From Mobula birostris (lineage: Eukaryota), in assembly GCF_030028105.1 (NCBI RefSeq), contig NC_092396.1, forward strand, positions 31,437,474 to 31,501,473: a stretch of 64,000 nucleotides of DNA, in the 5' to 3' direction. This document shows, piece by piece, positions 53,751-64,000 of this stretch (its first letter is position 1; each line of letters starts with the position of its first letter). The notes beneath the pieces were generated by a model that worked only from the letters and a program-made list of their open reading frames with translations, searched no databases and was not told the origin of the DNA. A program made the position numbers and the translations under genes.

Positions 53751-56140
53751 TTTTTAAAAACTGTGAAAAACTTTGCTTTTGTGCCATGTATTTATTTTAT
53801 TGTTAAAATAAAACAAAATGCAGAACATGGTCTTACAGTGACTACCAAAGCAGACAAATAAAATGCAAGGGGGAGGGAAAGGAGACTAGCTGGAAGGTGA
53901 TGGTGAAACCAGGTGGGTTGGAAAGATAAAGGGCTGGAGAAGAAGGAATCTCCTAGCAGAGGGGAGTGGACAATAGAAGAAAGGGAAGGAGGAGGGGACT
54001 TAGGGGGAAGTGATAGGCTGGTGAGAAGAGGTAAGAGGTCAGATATGAGAATCGAAGAAGAGGGGAGGAGGAGGGAAAACATTTTTCTGGAAGGAGAAAT
54101 TTATATGCATACCATCAGGTTGGAGGCTACCCAGATGGAGGCTCCTCCACCCTGAGGGTGGCCTCGTCTTTGCACGAGGAGGCCCTGGACTGACATGTCG
54201 GAACAGGAATGGGAATGGAAATTAAAATGTTTGGCCACTAGGAAGTTCTGCTTTTGGCGGTGGGAACAGAGATGCTCCATTCACTTCCATTGTGCCAAAC
54301 TCAAATCCATTTTATGACACATGATCTTCCCAAGGAGAGTGAATCAGAAAAAGAGCTGCAGACTTGGTCAACGTGAGTGGTTTGTGAACAAAATGTGATC
54401 AAACATCACTTCGCAACTTCTGTTTAAAGCTTTGTTTTGACAGCACTTGCAGCTGTATAAAACTTAGGTGAGGTCCCGTTTGGAGTATTGCATTCAGTTC
54501 TGGCCGACCATTACATGAATAATGGGAAGGCTTTGGAGAGGGTGAAGAGGAGGTTCACAAGGACACTGCCTGGATGAGCTATAAGGAGAGGCTGGATAGA
54601 CATGGGTTGTTTTCTCTGGCGTGTTTGAGGCTGACGGGAGACCTGATAGAAGTTTATAAAATGATGAGAAGCATAGAAAGAGTCTCTTTGCTAGGGTCAA
54701 AATATCAAATACTAGAGGATGTGTATGACCAGAGGTTAGAGGGGATAAACTTAAGGGAGATGTGAAAGTTAATTTTGTTCACATGGAGCGTGATAGGTGC
54801 TTGGAATGGGCTGACGGGGGTAGCAATGGAAGCAGAAAGTGGTGCTTAAGAACCTTCAACAGGGCCTCTGAATGTACATGAATAGGCAGGGAATGGAAGG
54901 ATATGGATCCTGTATAGGATTCAAAGATTCAAAATACATTTATTATTCGTGTATGTAGTATACAGCCCTGAAATTCGTCTTCCCCACGAAACAAAGAAGA
55001 ACCATGGAACCAACTCGTTCAAAGAAAAACATCAAACATCAAACCCCTCTCCCCCCGTGCACAAAAAAACACATAAACAGCAACAAAAAATTGAGCAAAA
55101 ACTCAAAATATAAAAGACAAAGTCAAAAGGTGTATTTCATTTCAATTCAGCTCAGTGTTCATTATCTGCAGGCTGCCTCAATTTAAAAATTGCCCAAAAG
55201 TAGTAACAAAAAAGAGTGACCAGAACTAGAATACATCATAGAGCTGATTTACGGTACACTCCAAATCTGAAATCCACATAAGTTAAAGGCAGAGGAGATT
55301 TAGTGTAACTTGGCATTCTGTTCCACACAGACACGGTGGGCCAAAGGGCTTATTACTGCACTCTACTGTTCTCTGTTGCCTTTTAAACCACAGATTATTA
55401 CCTCATTCCACAACAGAATATGCTGCTGCAGAAATGCTTTTGCATGGGAAGACCCAATTGCAACCTAGTGTTGCAATTTCCATCTTTGAATCTGGAAGGG
55501 AAGATACAAGCAAATTAATCAAAGTCAGACAAACATAACTCTTACCAAAAGAGGAAAAGGTTCAAATTACATGATATAGTTTCCATAGTATCACCACCAG
55601 GCAAAAAGGAGATGAAAATGGTCTTTGGAAAGATGGTGGAAGTTCAAGATTCAAGAAGTATCTTCAAAGAGTTGAGGAAAGATTCATGTGGTTCACTTAA
55701 TCTCAGTGCAAAGAGCCTAGCAGAATACTGTGAGTTATATCTTGCAATGAGTCCTACATTATTTAGGAGCCGGCACAAGACATGACTAAACAGAATCAAA
55801 AAATAATATCCTTAATGAGTTCAGAGATGGAAATTGCAACAACATTGGTAGTGTCTCCAGGATCAGCAACAGTACAGTAACAGAGTCAAAGAAAACTCAA
55901 AGCCCAGCCAATTGGTTAACTAATTCAACGCATTTCATTCTTTTCTTTCGAAAGAAAGCAGCGTAGTCTATGTAAAAAAGTATGAGGTTTTTGCATGACC
56001 CATTTAATCTTTTGTGTCGTGTGCAAGAATCTCAAGTAAACTAAGCCTGCCTCTTTGAGCACGCAATGTTTCCTGTTTATACTCTATGTGTTACTTCATA
56101 ATAGACCCGTAATATGCATCCTGTATCCATTCATGTAGAC

Positions 56141-56477
56141 TAGAGGTGGCAAACTTTTCTGAGAACGTATGCGTCGATTGGCAATAATCTTATAAATAAT
56201 TTTCTTACATGCCATAGTTGTCTCCAGTAGAGATTATTATTGATTAATGAATTAGTAACAATAATTATGGACTTTTTTATCATCCAACTCATCCATATGA
56301 ATTATGGATAAGTCATGGGGTAAAAAACTAATTTATTACTCACTTGGCAGTAAAAATAATCATTATGTAGTTTTTTTTAATTATGGGTGGGGGTTTAAAA
56401 AATCAAGGGGTGGCAATGTCAACAAAATTTTTGCACGTGTCATCTTGGGCATGCATGCCATAGGTTTGCTACCCCTG
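56141..56477. mobile_element. Older hAT-like non-autonomous element
   Basis: Degenerate TIRs tAGAGGTGGCAAAC...GTTTGCTACCCCTG. Confidence 0.55.
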
Positions 56478-57931
56478 AAGCAGAAACTTCTGGAACGTTG
56501 GAGACATTAATGGCACAGATCAAAATCCTAGAGGCAGCAGGGTAGCGCAGTAGTTTTCACAACGCTTTACAGTGGCAGCTGTAAGATCAGGATTCAATTC
56601 CTGCCACTGTCTGTAAGGAGTCTGTACATTCTCCCCCGTGACTGTGTGGGGTTTCCCCCATGTGCTCCGGTTTCTTCCCACAGTCCAAAGTTCAGGATTA
56701 ACGGTTAGGGTTTGTGAGTTTTGGGTGTGCTATGTGAGAACTGGAAGCCTGGCAACTCTTACAACGGCCCAGCAAAATTCTTGCTGATTTGATTTAATGC
56801 GAAATGATGCATTTCACTGTGCAAGTGACAAGCGTACTTGCTTTTATTATTCGCATGATTTTTTTTCTCTACACATTGGCTGTTTGACTGTCTTTTTTTA
56901 ATGGGTTCTTTTGAGTTTCTTTGTTATGTGGCTGCCTGGAAGATGAATCTCAAGGTTGTATAATGTATACTTTGAACTTTGAAATAAACCTAATCTTTTT
57001 AATCATTAGTGGTTTAGGCTGGTAATGAAAGGGTTACCTTACCAAGGCACTGCTACCCCTCCTCCACTGCCATTCAAGGTTTTATGAATCCCCATAAGAT
57101 AAACTACAAAAAAGAAAGAAAGCTAGTTAAATGTTTAAGTAAAAGATCCTCCCAATGCTTTCAGTGTGAAGGAATCCATGCAAACTTCCTGTGATGGGTG
57201 CGCATGAGACATTCATGCTCAGTCAGTATAATGGGATAAGAGGATTTAAATTCCTGGAGCAGCAAACAGTCTGTTGCATTTGGATAAATTCCCGGCCTGT
57301 GTGGATTGTGTGAATTCGTTTCCAGTGCAAATGTCAAGGCCGTTTTTCCCTGAGCTTTGAAAGGACAAGTAGTGAGTGTGAGTGCTCGCTCAAGAAAGGG
57401 CAGCCAAAAGAAGTTTTAAGGAAAGGACTTTCAGCGAGAGCTTTCACTTTTCTCCACCTCAACAACAGTGGAATGATCAGGGCATTCCATTCCAGTTAAG
57501 GTAGTGTAAAGTGACAGAGGGAACCAGACACCAATGAGCAGACTGGGAAGCAGATCAGGGAAGGTGGATTTTTAAGAAGTTTTCGAAAATGAAAAGCAGT
57601 GTGCTGAACACACCCACTCAGCCCCAGGGAACAGAAGGACTGCCTCCAAAACTTCTTACACTTTCCAGTAATCGTTACTCCTTGTTAATCCTGAGCTTTC
57701 TTTCGTTTCTTTGGTTTAAGATTTAACACATAATTACGAAGTAGCCCTGCATTTAAAGGGTTGCGAGCTTCATTTCCTGGCCTGCTCTCCACTAACGGGC
57801 CACAGGGAAGTGACAGGCTCCGGCTCCTCCCTCAGAGAGGAAGCACTCTCTCCTGTTCAGATTTCACCCTGACCCTGTCTCCTCACAAAGCAGTGGTGCC
57901 TCCTTTCCCTTGCTCTCTCCTCTCAGCCGGC

Positions 57932-58375
57932 ATGGCCCCTTGGCTCTGTTGGCCCGTCTTCCTCGCTCTTACCTCAGCCAGAGGGAGCAGGGCTGAACTG
58001 CCGGCGGACAGATTCCCACTGGAGCCCTATGACCGCCTGTTCAGTACAGCGGTGGAGGCCTATTACCGCAATGACTGGCAAGGGGTGATCATCAACATGG
58101 AGCGGGCTCTGCAGAACAAGGCAGCCCTGCGGCAGGCAAAGGTCCACTGTCAGATCCTCTGCAGCAAGAAGGCAGAATTCAGCATCTCCAACAGCAGCCG
58201 GGACTTCTTCTTTGATGCGAACTTCTTCGACACAGTGCTGAAGAAGGCCAACTGCCTGAAGGAGTGTGAGAAGGAAAAACTCGGACCATACTCCATGTAC
58301 CAAATCTCTGAGGAGCTACAGCTGGAGTTTCAGAAGAGGACCCCCTATAACTACTTGCAAGTGGCATACTTCAAG
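57932..58375 (+). CDS. P3H1: Prolyl 3-hydroxylase 1 (leprecan), first coding exon; the gene continues beyond the window
   Basis: Signal peptide MAPWLCWPVFLALTSARG, then YDRLFSTAVEAYYRNDWQGVIINMERAL, two CxxxC motifs, and SEELQLEFQKRTPYNYLQVAYFK|gtaaca. This matches human P3H1 exon 1, which ends SEEMELEFRKRSPYNYLQVAYFK. The divergent position next to C1orf50 favours P3H1 over P3H2/CRTAP. Confidence 0.88.
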
Positions 58376-59267
58376 GTAACATTATCAGTATCACTTGCAA
58401 CTTCATATGGATAAAACTCATCACCATTCAAACCTATTTTCATCTAGGCTGAGTATATTATTAGTTGTCATCAACAAAAACATTCTTTGTTAATTCAATC
58501 CAAGAAAACTACAAGTCTGCTTGATTAATGGGTTTAATAATATTTTATCTATAATGTGTCACTAAAACTGAATATTATCAGCTTTATCTCCTGCCTTGCA
58601 TTTTTCATACACTTTAAGCAAAAGGCAGTAATTTTATGTGCTTACTTTGTTTGGGGGAGATAGGGTGGAGTACCATTTAAGCAATCTCTTTCTGAGCTGC
58701 CCGCCTTCTTTATCAGCAGCAGATGTTGATGTTAAAAATGTTTGGGTAGAAATGGAGAAAGTCAGGATTACAATCAGCTCACCCTTTTAGCATGGCAAGC
58801 AAGCAAGCGAAAAGGACCTGCAGGCTACAGGTAAAGAAAATCTCGTAACAATTTGAGCCCAGTTGAAAGTACTTTAACAAAAATGCCAGTTTTAAGAATT
58901 CCTCCTGCTCTTCCTTTCTCTTTCAACAATGAGAACACCCCCACACCCACCCTACACTCCACGGAACACATAGCACTGATTTCTGCCATATTGCAAACTA
59001 TGTAGGAGTCAGATTTGAACATTGACTGTTACGTCTGGGTCCTTGCGGACATTTAGTCCCATTTGACTAATGTTTTCTTAAGTTAGACTCAAAAGGAACT
59101 TTCTACAATCCTCTACTGACAAGTTTACTCGATTTTGGTTTGCCTTGGGCTTTTACTGCTGGATTATGCTCACACAACCTGAAGAGACGGAGCTGGGCTA
59201 CAATCCCCCCCCTTCCCCAGCCAATCCCCCTGCCTCCTAAGTGCCACGTAGGAATCCAGTGTCAGCT

Positions 59268-59271
<4 letters not shown>

Positions 59272-59308
<37 letters not shown>
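59272..59308. repeat. (CT)n microsatellite (also (GA)n at about 48925-48950)
   Basis: Direct reading. Confidence 0.9.
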
Positions 59309-59312
<4 letters not shown>

Positions 59313-60328
59313 GCAGCCTTCATTGCACAGGCTACAGCAAGAAGGCTGAAAACTCCTGCAGCGATTTGGATAGTTGGGCTTTTGTGCCTTATAATCAAAT
59401 TTTAACAATCTGCCTATCCATCCCGCGGAAGGAATGCTCCAAGATAATATCTGACTTAAGTGATTTTTTTCATAGAAACTTGTGTCAGACAGTCGAGACA
59501 TCAATTGTTCTAACTTGTGTTAAACTGTGAATTTTTGTCAGTTCTCAATACTGTATGATATAGTTCCCTCCCATAATGTTTTAGAGTCTTTCAATAATTT
59601 TAAATCCCTTAATCTTTAACTCCTTTAATTGCCCCTGTAAGATTAGCAGCAACTACATATTACCTATTATACTCAATAAATCATATGTCTGTGCAGTCAC
59701 TTTCACAACCTCTGGCTGTCTGGAATGAGCAGCAAGCTAGTTTTGAAATGTAGCAAATGTTTTTATATAAAGAAAATCAAGGAGCTAACGAGCACTCAAT
59801 ATGAAGCAAGAGATAAACAAATCATCTCTATCAGTAAAGTCATCTGTCAGGGGCACAGGAGAGAAAGGATTGCCCTGGAGTTTAAACCTGTTGGCTTCCG
59901 ATGGGCAACTGTGCTCATACTTCGAGTTATACTGGGCAATGTACATGGGGCCCCTAATGAACTAGGTTCTCCTTTGGACAGTTAATTGCAGGACCAATAC
60001 TCCCGCAAGTCCCTTGCCTTGACCTGCTGGAGAGAGTTTATTCAAAGCAGACAGAGGGATATTGATTTAAAATCTCAGCCCAATCTCAGTCACTTCCAAC
60101 AGAGGAACCCACTCTCAGTACTCCATTCTGAACTGATTCAAAGATCTCTAAAGATATAGTTGCTGGGAAGTACTGTGGTGTCCATTTGGGAAGGTTAACT
60201 TCCCATCTTGTGGCGACCATGTCCAAACTATAGGACGTACATTGTTTCAGATGTGTGACCTACAGATTTGTGATGAAGCAGACATTGAGACTGTTTCTTG
60301 GGTCATTCACTATCCATCATAGAAATTA

Positions 60329-60598
60329 CAGGTCCTCCTTTGGTAACGGACGCCCAATTTAAACACAGCCTTCACATGCGAGCAAGCATTTGATGGATTG
60401 ATGGAATGGATTTGCCAGCTGGCGGGGTGGTGTGGGTGGTGCGGGGCTGTAAGCACATTCTGTGTGTGAACTTGTTTTGTGACAATATCTGAATGGTTGA
60501 GTTAAACACTGGGTTTTGACTACTGGTAACTCGTGGGTCTGTGCAGATTATGAGCAGTTCTCAGGAATAGAATCCTGTTTTATCCCAGGGAGGACCTG
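60329..60598. mobile_element. Tc1/mariner-pogo-type MITE
   Basis: TA|CAGGTCCTCC...GGAGGACCTG|TA terminal inverted repeats with TA duplication. Confidence 0.8.
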
Positions 60599-61246
60599 TA
60601 CTTAAATCCAACCCACCTTCTCACTTTTCAACTCATGTCCTGATGTCCATTACAGATTTTGTACAGGTGGCAGGTTCAGACAACCATCAGCAGAAGCCTT
60701 AGGGCTGGAACTAACAAGAACAGTTTTACAGAAGTTTGAAGTCTATTCACATGGAATTCCAGACTGCCGTACATTGCACTCTGTAATCAGTCTGGCATCT
60801 ATAAATAACAAGGTTCATGTAGCAACTTGACTAGCACAAATCTTAGCCTCCTTTTTTGTAATGAATTTTACAATGCAGAATTCTCAGTTGTAGGTGGCAA
60901 GCAAAAATTCACCTGAGATTATCTCAGTTCCCTCACTAAAAACTCCCTCCCTCCAAATATTCCTTTCCTTCCATATGTCCCCACCTTTAAGACCCTTCTC
61001 AAATTCCACTCCCTCATCCAAGCTTTCCCTTGTCCTACATCCACCATTCTGATAATTCCTTTGTCAATGCTATACTCTAAATGGAAATTAATAAAAACAG
61101 CTGCAGATGCTGGAAACCCGAAATAAAAAGAGAAAATGCTCAGCAGGTAAGGTAGCATCTGTAGAAGGAGAAACAGGGTCAGTGTTTCAGGCCAGACCTG
61201 AAATGGCTGACCCCTCAATCTAAACCATGGTCTCTGGATCTCAATA

Positions 61247-61969
61247 CAGTGAACTCTGGTTAATTTGGACACATCGGTACCAGTACATTTTAGCCCAATT
61301 AGTTGAAGTTTCATGGAAATGCTTAAGAAAGTATAAGAAAGACAAACTATTATTTAACTGAGTTACACATTAAATGAAATACAGAACAAATTTGAATACT
61401 ACCAAAACTACTGCGGTACTACAAAGTTGCATTATTTCGATGGAATAATACAATAATTGTTATCGGTGAAGGAAATCATCCAGTGTACACTGCCATGTTC
61501 TTTAGATTGACTGTAAATTAACAAAATTACTGCAGATATTGGACTGCCTTCACACAATGCTTTCAATGATTGCATCCTCCAAATCTTCATTTTTATTGTA
61601 ATATTCAAGATGATTGTCGATACCTTCAAATTCTTTGTAGTCCCTAAATTGTTGAAGTAGTGGAATCAGTTCCTTTTCACTCTTGGCTGTTTCTGGCATC
61701 TCCAAGCCTAAACGCTTGAAACCGCAGTGAGCAAAACATTTCTGAATTGTCTTACTGCTCATTACTTGTCAACTATCAGTGACAAAAATCCTTGCTTTTT
61801 GAACACAAAATGCGCAAGTGACACTATTTAAAACCTGTTCGCTCTAAGCACTGTGTAGTGTCTATCGGCCACATGATCTGCATACGACTGACACTAATTA
61901 GAAAATGTTTGGCACATGCTCCTGTCCCAATTAAATGGCATAGTGTCCGGAATAAATTTAGGGAATCCA
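61247..61969 (-). mobile_element. Tigger/pogo-like DNA transposon deletion derivative
   Basis: TA|CAGTGAACTCTGGTTAATT terminus and a transposase remnant TIQKCFAHCGF (61550-61762). The other end is cut by a PLE insertion. Confidence 0.7.
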
Positions 61970-64000
61970 GAACACAAGAGATCCTGCAAATTCTGGAAAT
62001 CCAGAGCAACACACACAAAATGTTGGAGGAATTCTATGGATTGAGTTAAGAAATCACAAGGGATGTGGATTACAAATTACAGCAGGAGATAGAAAAGGCG
62101 TATCAGAAGGGCAATGTCATGATAATTGTTGGGGATTTTAACATGAAAGTGGATTGGGAAAACCAGACCAGTGCTGGACCTCAAGAGAGAGAATTTGTAG
62201 AATGTCTAAGAGATGGCTTTTTAGAACAGCTTGTTGTTGAGCCCACTAGGGGATTGACTGTTCTGGACTGGATGTTGTGCAATAATCTGGAGGTGATAAG
62301 AGAGCTTAAGTTTAAGGAACCCTTAGGGAACAGTGATCACAATATGATCAAGTTCACTTTGAAATTTCAGAAGGAGAAACTAAATTCCAATTTGTCAGTA
62401 TTTCAGTGGAATAAAGGAAATTATAATATCATTAGAAGGGAACTGGCCAAGGTTGACTGGAAAGAGACACTACCAAGAAGGACAGCAGAGCAGCAACGGC
62501 TCGAGTTTCTGCGAAAAATGAGGGAGGTGCAAGACAGATATATTCCAAATAAGAAGAAATTTTCGAATAGAAGAAGGACACTACTGTGGCTGACAAGTGA
62601 AGTCAGAGCCAATGTGAAAGCAAAAGAGAGGGCATACAAGGAAGCCAAAACAAGTGGGAAGATAGAGGATTGGGAATCTTATAAAAACTTGCAGAAGGAA
62701 ACTAAGAAGATCATTAGGAAGAAAAAGATGAATTATGAAAGGAAGCTGGTGACTAATATCAAAAAAGATACTAGAAGAATTTTTAAGCATATAAAGGGTA
62801 AAAGAGAGTCGCGGGTAGATGTAGGACCAATAAGAAATGATGCTGGAGATATTGTAGTGAGAGACGCAGAGATAGCAGAGGAACTGAATGCGTATTTTCC
62901 ATCAGTCTTCACAGTGGAAGATATCTGCAGTATACTGGACATTCAAGAGTGTCAGGGAAGTGAAGTATGTGCAGTGAACATTACAACCGAGAAGTTGCTC
63001 AGGAAGCTTAATAGTCTGAGGGTGGATAAATCTCCTGGACCTGATAAAATGCACCCTTGGGTTCTGAAGGAAGTAGCTAGAGAGATTCTGGCATTGTACT
63101 GGATGACTGTACAATGTCTTTATTCTTTGGAGCTTAGAAGGTTGAGGGGGGCTTGATAGAGGTGTTTAAAATTATGAGGGGGGTTGATAGAGTTGACGTG
63201 GATAGGCTTTTTCCATTGAGAATGGGGGAAATTCAAACAAGAGGACATGAGTTGAGAGTTAAAGGGCAAAAGTTTAGGGGTAACATGAGGGGGAGCTTCT
63301 TTACTCAGAGAGTGGTAGCTGTGTGGAATGAGCTTCCAGCAGAAGTGGTTGAAGCAGGTTCGATGTTGTCATTTAAGGTTAAATTGGATAGATACATGGA
63401 CAGGAAAGGAATGGAGGGTTATGGGCTGAGTGCAGGTCAGTGGGACTAGGCGAGAGTAAGAGTTCAGCACGGACTAGAAGGGCCGAGATGGCCTGTTTCC
63501 GTGCTGTAATTGTTATATGGTTATAATTTAGCAGGTCAGGCAGCATCTATGGAAATGAATTATCAGTCAACATTTCAGACCAAGACTCTTCTTTGAGACT
63601 GAGAAGGAAAAGGGAAGACAGCAAAATAAAAAAGGTGAGGGGAGGGGAAGAAGAACTTGCTAGATGATGATAGGCGAAGCCAGGTGGGTGAGAAGGGTAA
63701 AGGGCTGGAGAAGAGGGAATCTGAGAGGGGAAGAGAGTGGACAGTGGGAGAAAGGGAAGAAGGAGGGGCACCCGGGGGAAGTGATAGGCAATTGAGGAGA
63801 AGAGACGAGGCCAGAGCGGGGATAAGAAGAAGAGGGAAGGGCGGAGTGAAAAAAATGACCAGAAGTTTAAATCAACGTTCATGTCACCAGGTAGAAGGCT
63901 ACCTGGACGGGATAAGGGGTTTTTCCCCTCTACCCAAGAGCGGCTTCAGTATGGCAAAAGAGAATGGGGATAGGAATCAAAATGGAAAGCTACCCCTCCA
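61970..64000 (-). mobile_element. Penelope-like element split by a CR1 insertion
   Basis: The pLTR start acacacacaaaatgttggaggaatt (to 62033) resumes as aatttagcaggtcaggcagcatctatgga at 63525. A degenerate hammerhead lies at about 63565-63602. Confidence 0.75.
62034..63524 (+). mobile_element. Chimeric CR1 insertion (two CR1 families joined)
   Basis: ORF 62065-63156 has endonuclease motifs (GDFN, SDHN) and DKSPGPD. It then jumps over the whole RT to the 3' end of the family seen at 44090-44200 and 42027-42290. Confidence 0.85.

Noticed and set aside
57761-57931. 57-aa N-terminal extension of P3H1
   Set aside because: It starts at a non-ATG codon. The signal peptide and homology begin at ATG 57932.

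Overview
This is a repeat-rich vertebrate genomic window. The repeat families (HE1-like V-SINEs, CR1/HER1-like LINEs, Rex1 LINEs, abundant Penelope-like elements) suggest a cartilaginous fish, probably a ray; this is an inference. Three host genes are present. AP5B1 (+) has 2 coding exons and encodes about 926 aa. A C1orf50/DUF2452 orthologue (-) has 5 coding exons and encodes about 190 aa. The first coding exon of P3H1/LEPRE1 (+) lies divergent from C1orf50, as in human. The most unusual structures are: (1) a near-perfect 5,851-bp tandem duplication of the last two C1orf50 exons and 3' UTR; (2) many Penelope-like pseudo-LTRs carrying minimal type I hammerhead ribozyme motifs, one with an intact catalytic core on the C1orf50 sense strand; (3) a Penelope-like insertion whose 13-bp target-site duplication copied the C1orf50 exon 3 splice donor, and another inserted in the AP5B1 acceptor tract; (4) a 5'-inverted (twin-priming-like) CR1 that captured an exon/intron-like foreign fragment, plus other chimeric and nested retro-insertions. 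All calls were made by eye with no database searches. Repeat boundaries are approximate unless a TSD or TIR is quoted.
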